Source: a virus. Taken from it: a stretch of DNA of 64,000 bases. Positions 11,003 to 20,508 of the stretch are shown piece by piece. The stretch lies in the IMG/VR virus record IMGVR_UViG_3300008111_000001. One strand, written 5' to 3'. The position numbers and the translations under genes were made by a program. The notes beneath the pieces are model-generated. The model was not told the DNA's origin and searched no databases. It saw only the letters and a list, made by a program, of their open reading frames with translations. The first letter of the stretch is position 1, and every line of letters begins with the position of its first letter.

Positions 11003-13318
11003 GTGTCATTCAATATAAATACTCAATCACTTTCCGATAGCGCATCTTTTGCCAAAACCATACATGGAGATTTTTATCCAGGAGGAAAATCTCCTGTTCT
11101 AAATACTAGTGCCTCCTTATCTCCACCGGCTACAGGGAGAACATTAAGCTCTTTTGATGTTACGGGTGTTATGGCCGGAGATCTTTTGAACAGGAGTAAA
11201 AAATATCCCATAGCAGCGATGAATGCAAGTATATCTGGATCTTTAAATGGTTTAATTACTGGTGGAGCTGCAGCAGCATCAGCTACGACTCCAGAAAATG
11301 CGACAATTACAATTGCTAATCCTGAGGCAACAGATTTTAGTGTAGACGGCGAGGGAAACCCAACTGGGGCAAATAATGCCACATTAACCGGAGCTGCTGC
11401 TTGGAATAAGATTTTATCAAAAAGTATGGCCGGCAAAAATATTGGCAACACCTTTGTTGAAAACTCTTTGCAGATTATAAGAAATACAATGATTTCTTCT
11501 TCTGAAAATAAAGATCCTTCAGATAATAATAGAGGCTCTGGTGGCTCAAGTTCACCAGGCATAGGAGAGATGCAAAGCGCAGGACGCAGAGACGTTGCTT
11601 TGATAGCGGAAATGACAGAAGAGGAAAAAGGTTGGTATCAAGAAAGATTAACGCTATTAAGAACAAAATACCAATCGCAAATAAGTGACCATAGTTCAAT
11701 TGGTGGATTTAGATTTGATATTCCCAATGAATGGGCAGCTGATCCAAGAGAGGTATATAATGGATCTTCAACCTTCTTTCCTGATTCTAAGGTGGATAAT
11801 AGTCAAAGAGTTTTGAGCGACGAACTGATACTTCAAAACCCTACGCTAGGTATAGCGAACGCTTTTTTATCCGCAGCTCTGATAGAACTATTAATACTCT
11901 TGCATGAGAAAAACTACTATATAGCCGGTGGTTTTGGTGCAGGAAGAGATCCAAATCAAGAAAAGTACATTAAGCCAGATAAATTTACTCCTGGAGACCA
12001 TACTTTTGGTAGAGCCATAGACATACGGGAAGTTGGAAGGGTAAATGAAGAATCTTTTAATGTTGAAACAACCAATGGTACCCCAAATCACGTTCCCGTT
12101 TACGGTTCTGCTTTAGACATTTTAATAGAGGCATTGTCTGAAGTGCCCCAGTATTTGATACCAGACTCAGTTGTGGTCAGCGATAAACTTGATCTTGGTA
12201 TTGTAGACGGCTTAGAGCCGGTTACCGCTGCAATCAAATTGAATCGACCGTATTTACAGTATCTAAATTTTCATGCGGACTCCGGCCACAGGGATCATAT
12301 ACACTTAAGTTTTAGCGGAATGAGAGCGGGCAAATATGTTGGTCCAGGAGGAGCTATGACTGTTTCTGGAACAAATGTTTCTGGTGGCAGTGTTACTACG
12401 CGTCCGTCTAATTTGTCTGGCAGCGCAGACAGTCTTGAAAGGCAAATTGAAAGAAGATTATATAATCGGTCAACAGAAGGCTTATTAGATCAAAACTATT
12501 ATGGTCAATGGGACTTTAGCTTGGGTTTAGATGGCGTTTATGATGTTTTAACTCAGACTTGGTGTTCCCCTGAAGTAGCAGCTTGTCTGGCTGCAGTTGC
12601 AGTTAGGGAAAGTAATTGTAGGCCCACCGGTTTTTATATTGGAAATACAGATTTTATTTCTTTAGGATTTTTACAAATTAATATGGGCGCCGGCGGATTT
12701 GGATACTCTGGTGGCAACCCAGTATATAGACGAGGCGCAGGATTGGCTCACGGAACAAAAACGTATGAGTTAACTGATGCAAGTGGAAAAACACAAATAC
12801 AAGGATGGTTAATTGCTTCAGCTAATTGGGATTCGGTTTATCCAGGGGAAACAAGACCAACTCAAGATACTTATAATAAGATTATAAATGATAAATATCA
12901 TCTTTCTTTATTCTATAATGGTGGGGTTAAGGATAAGGTAATGGAAGAGATGAGACCATTGGTTGATAGAAGATTATGGATACCCAGAAATCAGGCATGG
13001 CTTGCCTATACCGCACGGACCAGTAGGCTACCAACGTTTGGAGAACCAAAGCTTGATGGATATCAGTTTCAGGTTTGGGGGGATGGATACAAGGCTTATG
13101 GTTGGATGAATGGTGGAGTTAAATTTCAGGATGCAGCAGACGTCTATACTGACAGAACAGGTAAAACAGTAGAGGATTTAAAGAAATGGATAAGAAATGT
13201 ATACTCCAATGATCCATCTGTATTCCTAGATGAGGTAGCAAACTATTCTGCTAAATATATAGAAAGATGGATGAGCGGAGAAGTATTCCCAAGAGAGTAT
13301 GCAAATGGAGATAGCTAG
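11003..13318 (+). CDS. Tail-associated lysin: M15-type (LAS) Zn peptidase plus lysozyme-like/lytic transglycosylase domain
   Basis: GDHTFGRAIDI...HRDHIHLSF matches the H-x6-D and H-x-H zinc ligands. AAVAVRESNC...LGFLQIN matches the E-S and GxxQ transglycosylase motifs. GTG at 11003 follows AAGGGG; the track start is TTG 10982. Confidence 0.75.
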   Translation: MSFNINTQSLSDSASFAKTIHGDFYPGGKSPVLNTSASLSPPATGRTLSSFDVTGVMAGDLLNRSKKYPIAAMNASISGSLNGLITGGAAAASATTPENATITIANPEATDFSVDGEGNPTGANNATLTGAAAWNKILSKSMAGKNIGNTFVENSLQIIRNTMISSSENKDPSDNNRGSGGSSSPGIGEMQSAGRRDVALIAEMTEEEKGWYQERLTLLRTKYQSQISDHSSIGGFRFDIPNEWAADPREVYNGSSTFFPDSKVDNSQRVLSDELILQNPTLGIANAFLSAALIELLILLHEKNYYIAGGFGAGRDPNQEKYIKPDKFTPGDHTFGRAIDIREVGRVNEESFNVETTNGTPNHVPVYGSALDILIEALSEVPQYLIPDSVVVSDKLDLGIVDGLEPVTAAIKLNRPYLQYLNFHADSGHRDHIHLSFSGMRAGKYVGPGGAMTVSGTNVSGGSVTTRPSNLSGSADSLERQIERRLYNRSTEGLLDQNYYGQWDFSLGLDGVYDVLTQTWCSPEVAACLAAVAVRESNCRPTGFYIGNTDFISLGFLQINMGAGGFGYSGGNPVYRRGAGLAHGTKTYELTDASGKTQIQGWLIASANWDSVYPGETRPTQDTYNKIINDKYHLSLFYNGGVKDKVMEEMRPLVDRRLWIPRNQAWLAYTARTSRLPTFGEPKLDGYQFQVWGDGYKAYGWMNGGVKFQDAADVYTDRTGKTVEDLKKWIRNVYSNDPSVFLDEVANYSAKYIERWMSGEVFPREYANGDS

Positions 13319-13326
13319 GAGAAAAA

Positions 13327-13698
13327 ATGCCAGTTAATTACCCTAAGTTTGATAAAAAGATACAAGATCAAATAGATGTTACAGAAATGCAAAAGGCAAG
13401 GACTAGGCCTGGCGTTATAGCGTCTTATGACAAACGTCAAAACACCGCAGTTGTAATACTTGAGGATCAATATTCTCAAAATATAGGTAATATTATAAAG
13501 AATGTAGTTTGTCCAGTCACAAATGGTGTGCAGGCTGTAGCTCCGACCCCAGGGAGTAGATGTTTAGTAGGATTTCGCGACAATAATGAGGCAAAGCCAT
13601 ATATTATAAACTTTTACAATGACGCTGGAAATACAGGAAATTACAGGTATTACAATACAGTTAATACCGGAGTGCCGAATTTTATGGTTTGCTCATGA
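13327..13698 (+). CDS. Baseplate spike/gpV-like N-terminal OB-fold protein
   Basis: PGVIASYD...AVVIL...NVVCP...AVAPTPGSRCLVGFRDNNEAKPYII resembles the gp5/gpV OB-fold; baseplate context; SD AGGAG. Confidence 0.55.
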   Translation: MPVNYPKFDKKIQDQIDVTEMQKARTRPGVIASYDKRQNTAVVILEDQYSQNIGNIIKNVVCPVTNGVQAVAPTPGSRCLVGFRDNNEAKPYIINFYNDAGNTGNYRYYNTVNTGVPNFMVCS

Positions 13699-14339
13699 GT
13701 AAAGAGTCGATACAAAGAGATAATTATCAGCAACCAACCATACCCATAGGTGCTGAAATTAGGAAAAGAAAAGAGTTCTCAGAAAGAGAAGTAGGACTAA
13801 CGCATCCTGATTTGTCTAGTTTTATTAGGTTAAATGATCGTGGAGACATAGAGATATTTGCTGCTCCAGGAGTTGGCATTGTGATAAGCGCAAAGTCTAA
13901 GTCAATTTCTTTATTTGGCGATTCCGTAAGGCTGTTTACTAAAGAAGATGGATTAAGGTGGAATAGCTATAATTTTAATTACTGCGCCTCTTCCTATATA
14001 GAGCCAACTTTAGTTAAAATTAACCATAAAAACATTCACTCGGCAACCAACGGAGTCGCTTATTATTTAAATAATGCTGAACAGTATGCAGATCAAGAAA
14101 CGCAAACTCCTATTACTATAGTAGGTGAGTTTGGTTTTGCTAAAAAACAAGAGCAAATTCAACAATCGTATGAATCAGAATATGATTTAGCTGGATTGAC
14201 CGATGAACAAATAGGGTTACTTGAGATATATCAGACCGATCACTCTAAAGAGCATATATTATTGATGATTCAGTTAATGAAAGATGGAAATAGTTTTGAG
14301 CAAGCACATAATCTTGCGCTAAAGGAAACAAATGAGTGA
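13695..14339 (+). CDS. Baseplate-associated structural protein (possible spike beta-strand part)
   Basis: ATGA overlap with the upstream gene; SFIRLNDRGDIEIFA resembles spike beta-helix segments; position between the OB-fold gene and gp25. Confidence 0.4.
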   Translation: MSKESIQRDNYQQPTIPIGAEIRKRKEFSEREVGLTHPDLSSFIRLNDRGDIEIFAAPGVGIVISAKSKSISLFGDSVRLFTKEDGLRWNSYNFNYCASSYIEPTLVKINHKNIHSATNGVAYYLNNAEQYADQETQTPITIVGEFGFAKKQEQIQQSYESEYDLAGLTDEQIGLLEIYQTDHSKEHILLMIQLMKDGNSFEQAHNLALKETNE

Positions 14340-14712
14340 TTTGTATTTAACATTAAATGGGGACATTATGCTTGACGGCAATAAGGATATTGCACTAGCC
14401 CCATCCTCTATGCACGAAGATGTCCAGCAAATCTATTTGAGAATAATGACTGAGCCTGGAGATTTTTATATTTATCCTCAATTAGGGGTAGATTTATCCA
14501 GGCTTTACGGTCTACCTCAAACTAAAGAAACAGCTGAATTTGGTAAAGCTTTAATAATGGCCGGCATTCAAAAAGAAGGTCTTTTTAAGGGTAGGGGCAT
14601 TCAAATTAAAGCAGTACCAACAAGCAGAGATGTAATTAGATTTGATATTCATATTATTTCGGATATTAATGAGCCAATAATTCTTTCTGTTAGTCAAACC
14701 CTAGGAGCATAA
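14332..14712 (+). CDS. gp25-like baseplate wedge/sheath initiator
   Basis: 126 aa; QQIYLRIMTEPGDFYIYPQLGVDL matches the gp25/GPW motif (R-L-x-T-x-x-G-x5-P-x-x-G); immediately before baseplate J. Confidence 0.8.
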   Translation: MSDLYLTLNGDIMLDGNKDIALAPSSMHEDVQQIYLRIMTEPGDFYIYPQLGVDLSRLYGLPQTKETAEFGKALIMAGIQKEGLFKGRGIQIKAVPTSRDVIRFDIHIISDINEPIILSVSQTLGA

Positions 14713-14713
14713 A

Positions 14714-15883
14714 ATGCCAATTTATGGAATAAAAAATAAAGCTGATATACTAGTCAATGTCTTGAATGGCTTGCAGAAAAATGCAGGCGTATCAGCCGTC
14801 TATCCTGGGTCTATAGCTAGAGCATTTGCAGAAGCTTTTACCAGTGAAGTATCAGATCTTTATGAGGCTTTAAGATTTAACCTAACCCAAGGTGACCTCA
14901 TGACAGCATCAGGCAGGAATCTTGATTTGATAGGCGACCTATATGGAATAACCAGAAGAAACATTAGCGATTATTCTAGTCAAGATCGCGAATCCTTCAA
15001 TATTCAATTCCTTATAGACAAGCCACATAGCTCGGACGTAACAATACCATCCGGAACATTGGTTTACAATGATGTGTCAAATTTTATTACAAAGCAATAT
15101 ACATATAAACTAGCTGGAGATGTAATTATTGGCAAAGGATCAACTAGAGCTTATGGAAGAGTTGATCCAAACTTTACAGATAATGCGTATGTTGCTCCTG
15201 TCGGCACACTAACTAAGCATAACGCTTTTGCTCCAGCTGGGGTAATAGTGTTTTGCTCAAATCCCAAAGAGGTTTACTCTAACACCAGTGCAGAGTCAGA
15301 TACTAATTTCCGAAGAAGAATCATAGCTTCGATAAAAGCAAAAGCTCCGGGCACAGCTGAATCTATCAGATTTGCTGCGTTAGCAGTTAGAGGTGTTAGG
15401 GACGTTAGAATTAGAGAAGGCACATACGGGGTAGGGTCATGCGATGTTATCGTCGTGCCAGAAACTGCTACCGACATGTCAAATCTGCCTCAAAGAGTTA
15501 TGATCGCAGTTAGTGCAGCTAAGCCAATTGGCGTAAGATTTAATGTTAGAATAGCAGAACGAGTTAGTATGAACGTAGAAGCTACTATTACGCTACCGAT
15601 GGGCTTGAGTGAAAATCTTGCTAGTGGCATAAGAAATCAGGCCTCACTGTTTGTGAAAAGATACCTAAATTCATTAACAGTTGGAGATACTGTTTCTATT
15701 TCGGAAATTGAAAGACAAATTAAATTATCATCAGATTATATTCGATCATGTTACATAAGTTCCATGTTAGCAGATGGTTCCAGTCTTCCACTTGTAGATT
15801 TTTCACTAGATACAGTTAAAAGATACCCCGTAGCAGGCGCAATAAACATTAGTTCTGTTATAATGGGTGGAACAAATTATTAA
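14714..15883 (+). CDS. Baseplate J-like wedge protein
   Basis: ASGRNLDLIGDLYGITRR and ESDTNFRRRI...GTAESIRFAALAVRGVRDV...GVGSCDVIV are baseplate J hallmarks. Confidence 0.85.
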   Translation: MPIYGIKNKADILVNVLNGLQKNAGVSAVYPGSIARAFAEAFTSEVSDLYEALRFNLTQGDLMTASGRNLDLIGDLYGITRRNISDYSSQDRESFNIQFLIDKPHSSDVTIPSGTLVYNDVSNFITKQYTYKLAGDVIIGKGSTRAYGRVDPNFTDNAYVAPVGTLTKHNAFAPAGVIVFCSNPKEVYSNTSAESDTNFRRRIIASIKAKAPGTAESIRFAALAVRGVRDVRIREGTYGVGSCDVIVVPETATDMSNLPQRVMIAVSAAKPIGVRFNVRIAERVSMNVEATITLPMGLSENLASGIRNQASLFVKRYLNSLTVGDTVSISEIERQIKLSSDYIRSCYISSMLADGSSLPLVDFSLDTVKRYPVAGAINISSVIMGGTNY

Positions 15884-15912
15884 TTTGTAAATTAATATTT
15901 TAAGGATAATTG

Positions 15913-18900
15913 ATGAAACAGTATTTGTTACTTTTAAAAAGCGGGGACTTTAATAAGTCTGGCAACATATGGACTAGCAATGCTGTAAATCTATATAAGA
16001 ACAATTCTTTCACCAACTATTCTTATGTTAGATCAAGGTATGGCCTTAACGCCATAGGGGACAATACCTATGTTGGCTTAGAATATACTTCTCCGTCATA
16101 TACTGCGGAATTATCAACTCCACTATCCAATAATGCGCTGTATGTTACAGATGTTGGCGAGATTGTTTATGAACAGGCTACGCCTTCTATTCTGAGATTT
16201 GTTGATACTACGTCAAAAATAGACGTATTAGCCTATAAGCACGCCTTTACAAATCTTCCTGGAACCGAGGTTCCAACCTTCAACTTGCAGATGTATGAGT
16301 CTGATTCAGAAAATGGTCCATGGTTAAAATCCATTCTTTCCTTTGATTCAAATGTGATCTTCATAAGAGATTGTAAACCATGGATAAAGATAGAATTAGA
16401 GATATTCACTGAAACTTTGAATACTAGTGATTTAGGTCTATTGTTTTATTTGGAAATTGGCATACATGATCCAGTCCCACCAGTAGCATCTGAGCATGCA
16501 AGAAATATATTAAAGAGATTCCCAACATGGACGGACATGTTTGCAGATTCAGAAAATCCTGCAACCCCATCTTTGTTTGTTCCTAGTTCTACCGCTGGAA
16601 AATTCTTAACAGCGCTTGTCCAGGAGACTCTGGATAATTTTGATAATGAATTAAATCTTTACGACATTAATCATTACATATCGAGCGCAGATGAAAACAT
16701 GCTTGCATGGGCATACGTATCTTATGATGTACCTGTAAACATTCTAAAGGTCTTGGGTGACGATATTCCGCTTATACAAGTAGATAGTTTAGCTTCATTC
16801 CATAGATCTCAGCCAACCGATTATGTATATTATTATAGTCAGGCAAATAAGCAGATAATTTGTATGCGAGAATTTTCTGTATTGAAAATTAATGATATTC
16901 AATATGATCAGCATCCGCTACATGTTCCAAATAACTTTGATGAATTTGGCGCAAGAGTCGGACTCCCTAGACTGCTACTAGAATCAAACGCAAGATACAA
17001 GAAAAGAATCTTAGACGTATCTTTAAACTATCCTGCAGCTCACATAGATGGTTTCAAGAGAACAGTAAGAAGAGAGCTAGATATTTGGAAAGCTTATGGT
17101 CTTGAACCAGATTCTAATTATCTTGGCGCAACTCCAGATGTTATCGAAATCTCTGATATGGAAAAGAGTACCCCATGGTTTACTCCTTCCGGTAAGCCAC
17201 TAAAGCCATTTATTGACCTTATCGAAAGTATTAACGAAAAGTATCCATCAAACATTGGATATGTTCGATGGGAAGAGGGCTACTGGGATTACGGCGGAAT
17301 GGACGGAGAAGGTATTTCTTCAATTCCCGCAATATACGACGTAGAAACAAGCGCGTCTCCGCAGTATTATCAATCAGGTGTTGGCGACTACGCAGACGCT
17401 AAGCTGATATTGGAGGCAGAAGAAAAAGCCACAACGTCTTTTTCTGGTTATGCAAGTATTTCCGGCGTCTATGCAGATGGTATCGAAGAAGTCTATGCTC
17501 CAATTAAAGTCGACTATTCATGGTATGTTTCTTATCTCAAGAGAGTCCCAGACTATGCAGCAGGGCGCAGAAAGTCCGGCGTAACACAGGATGTTGGCGT
17601 TGGTCTAACATATGAATTATCAATGGCTACACACAACTTCTACGCCACGCCATCTACATTTTACGTTAATTTAAATTATTTAGATAGAGATGACTTTTAT
17701 GTAGGAAACAGATTACCAGAAAATCATCCAGCAAGCCCAGAGTATAATCTAATTAGAATATTTAATGACGATGGATATACTCTTTCTGATCTTCAATTCA
17801 AAGATAAGATATACAATAACATTTACTACAATGCCTCTAGTTCGCCTAGCGTAAATACAATTAATTTTGATGACGTAAGTTCTGTAAAAATAGTTTTCTC
17901 TAATGGTGGATGGAACCATGTTACTCAAACATATGACAAGTCTTTGGCTACAGCAAACTACAGAGTAGCTTTTAGTAAGTCTACTCCAAATACAATTTAC
18001 TATACCGATCCTTCCTACATGCAATCAGCCCAGTTGGCATCTCCAAGCCAATTCTCCTATAACGATGCAAACATAAGGATAGGTTCAACTGTATATCAGA
18101 CAAAAGTGCAAAAATTTGATACACAAACAATTACTTCATCATTCTTTTTGAACGAAAATAATAATCTTACTCAATCTGGTACACAGAATTATTCTATGTA
18201 CATAGATGATCTTGTGGATAGAATAATACTTCCCCCTCAGTCAACGCCTCAGTATATTTACATAAATAATATAAAGCCTCTTGGTTTAACATATTTTAAC
18301 GGTGATACTTTAATAAGTGACATTCATGGTGGAGCGGTTATTAATCCAGACGATAATGAAAGATATCTCGTTCCTTCATCCCCAAACATAACATATAAGA
18401 CATATAACTCTTCAGGGGTTGAAATTGCTAGCCCAGATTATTTTGATTCAGCCACTATAAATTACTACGCAACGCCATCATATTTAAGTTTTGAATCAGC
18501 AAGTAATAATTTTTATCCTATTTACTTTACAAAGTACGCCTCGTTTACTTCTCAGACAACACCCCAAATATTTAGTGGCTACATAGATTCTTTGGATAAT
18601 GTTTATGAAAACTCGGAGGCAGCAAACAATCAGTTCTTTAACTCAGATGATTTTCTTAAGAGAATATACTTATCAAAAGATTCTTTTGGTTTGGACCCAC
18701 AAATAGATTACATTATCAAAGATGCCCAATTAATATCTGATACTCAATATATTGAGCCATATGTAAATGATAAAAACTCCTTGATAATAGAACTAAACAA
18801 TGCATTTCTTAATAACGAAAATGCTAATGTTGACGTAAGAATAGCTAGAGATATTCAGGAAGTAGTGCAAAATAATCCAGCAATTCATACTGGCTGGCTA

Positions 18901-20508
18901 TACTTAAACAAAGATGAATATTATGTATATTCTAATCCTGTTACAGATTCTGCTACAGGAAGATTTTTCTCGCTTCCAATTAGTGGCTATCCAAGATCTG
19001 GTTCGCCTATAATAGTTACAGTTGGGGAAGAGCAGTATAGAAATATACTATTTGAAGATGTCGCAACACCTGGCAACGTTGTTTTTAGTAATACAGAAGA
19101 CATTTACGGTAATGTCAGTAATTTTATTTACTTAGCCTATCAAAACGCTGAAAATATATCTGTTACAGATTCTTACACTGGTGTTGTATTATTTGAAAAT
19201 TTGTCAACCTCAACAAATGAGCTGCACTGCTTTAGCGATGCAACTCCGTCCGTGTATGGCAGAAAATATACTGTTAATTACGATGTAAAAAATGCCTGGT
19301 ACGTTGACAAAAATGTATACAACCAGAATACGGAGAGTTATAGTTCGTCAATCTATTTTAGTTCAACTCCAAATACAGATAAAGTATATTCTATTACTTA
19401 CGAATCATCTTTAAATGACAATACTCATCCAATAGATCTTTCGTTAGTTCCATCATCTAACCCAATAGATGAAGGATTTGTTTATGTTTCAAAAACCGAC
19501 TATCCATTTGCTAGCGCAAAAGCAATTTTGTCTCCAACAAGTATTTCTAATTCACAAGATGATTTGATGTATTTGACAATTATTTCTTACGATCAAAACA
19601 ATAACTTTAAGCCAGGCCAAACATTCCACGTTTATGGGGATATAATTTCTGCCACGCCGGCTTATGTTACCACAAATGATAATGGTATAGCTAAAACAAT
19701 AATTCGATACTCTTATAATGGATCCGAGAATTATGAATCAAGTAATTTGTTTGTGTCAGGAATTGGTTCAGCTACTCCAAATGGTGGAATAAATAGTGAG
19801 ACCCAGGGGTATGTGGCATCAGTTCCGTTTAATGTTAATATTTCAGATCCAGAAATCTTAAGATTAAAAGCAGCCCCATCTTCGCTAATTATTAATGCTG
19901 GATCGGATCAGTCTATATCTCTTGTTGGACAAGTTCTTTGGAAAAATCAGCCTTGGGGCAAGATTTTGCGAGTTTCTTGGAACAAAGCAAGAACGTTAAA
20001 AGACCTATTTGCAGCAACTCCTGATTATACAGCTTATACGTCTTCAGATGGCAAACTGGAAATAGCTAATATTGCAACTGCGCAGGATTCTGCAACACCT
20101 GGATACTGGTTTGCTAGAGTTAATATAGCAGATGAAGCAGGCGCTAAGAATATTTTGCTAACAGATCAGGAAATTAATGCTGGTCAAGACGTTACTATAT
20201 CTGGAGACGTGGTTTACTGGTATGAGTCTTATGACACGATTCAATATGATCAAGAATTGAATCCACCACTACCAAATATATATACTTTAAATAAGCAAGA
20301 AAATTCAGAAATTATAGCAACTCCAAACTTTGTTTATAAGCATAGCGATTCTAATACTATTGTTTATAACAGTGCAACACCAAATTGGACACCCCCCAGA
20401 TGGGTGCCATTGAGAAAGTATGATCAGTATCAAATGGGAATTTTTGGCTCAACACCAAACCATATATCTGATTATGAGTTAATTCACCCAGATCATGAGG
20501 AACAGTGA
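15913..20508 (+). CDS. Large virion structural protein (baseplate wedge/tail), 13 dispersed ATP tripeptides
   Basis: About 1531 aa, beta-rich, following baseplate J. FDEFGARVGLPRLLLESNARYKKRILD resembles a P2 gpI/wedge-type segment. ATG 15913 follows AAGGA. Confidence 0.6.
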   Translation: MKQYLLLLKSGDFNKSGNIWTSNAVNLYKNNSFTNYSYVRSRYGLNAIGDNTYVGLEYTSPSYTAELSTPLSNNALYVTDVGEIVYEQATPSILRFVDTTSKIDVLAYKHAFTNLPGTEVPTFNLQMYESDSENGPWLKSILSFDSNVIFIRDCKPWIKIELEIFTETLNTSDLGLLFYLEIGIHDPVPPVASEHARNILKRFPTWTDMFADSENPATPSLFVPSSTAGKFLTALVQETLDNFDNELNLYDINHYISSADENMLAWAYVSYDVPVNILKVLGDDIPLIQVDSLASFHRSQPTDYVYYYSQANKQIICMREFSVLKINDIQYDQHPLHVPNNFDEFGARVGLPRLLLESNARYKKRILDVSLNYPAAHIDGFKRTVRRELDIWKAYGLEPDSNYLGATPDVIEISDMEKSTPWFTPSGKPLKPFIDLIESINEKYPSNIGYVRWEEGYWDYGGMDGEGISSIPAIYDVETSASPQYYQSGVGDYADAKLILEAEEKATTSFSGYASISGVYADGIEEVYAPIKVDYSWYVSYLKRVPDYAAGRRKSGVTQDVGVGLTYELSMATHNFYATPSTFYVNLNYLDRDDFYVGNRLPENHPASPEYNLIRIFNDDGYTLSDLQFKDKIYNNIYYNASSSPSVNTINFDDVSSVKIVFSNGGWNHVTQTYDKSLATANYRVAFSKSTPNTIYYTDPSYMQSAQLASPSQFSYNDANIRIGSTVYQTKVQKFDTQTITSSFFLNENNNLTQSGTQNYSMYIDDLVDRIILPPQSTPQYIYINNIKPLGLTYFNGDTLISDIHGGAVINPDDNERYLVPSSPNITYKTYNSSGVEIASPDYFDSATINYYATPSYLSFESASNNFYPIYFTKYASFTSQTTPQIFSGYIDSLDNVYENSEAANNQFFNSDDFLKRIYLSKDSFGLDPQIDYIIKDAQLISDTQYIEPYVNDKNSLIIELNNAFLNNENANVDVRIARDIQEVVQNNPAIHTGWLYLNKDEYYVYSNPVTDSATGRFFSLPISGYPRSGSPIIVTVGEEQYRNILFEDVATPGNVVFSNTEDIYGNVSNFIYLAYQNAENISVTDSYTGVVLFENLSTSTNELHCFSDATPSVYGRKYTVNYDVKNAWYVDKNVYNQNTESYSSSIYFSSTPNTDKVYSITYESSLNDNTHPIDLSLVPSSNPIDEGFVYVSKTDYPFASAKAILSPTSISNSQDDLMYLTIISYDQNNNFKPGQTFHVYGDIISATPAYVTTNDNGIAKTIIRYSYNGSENYESSNLFVSGIGSATPNGGINSETQGYVASVPFNVNISDPEILRLKAAPSSLIINAGSDQSISLVGQVLWKNQPWGKILRVSWNKARTLKDLFAATPDYTAYTSSDGKLEIANIATAQDSATPGYWFARVNIADEAGAKNILLTDQEINAGQDVTISGDVVYWYESYDTIQYDQELNPPLPNIYTLNKQENSEIIATPNFVYKHSDSNTIVYNSATPNWTPPRWVPLRKYDQYQMGIFGSTPNHISDYELIHPDHEEQ

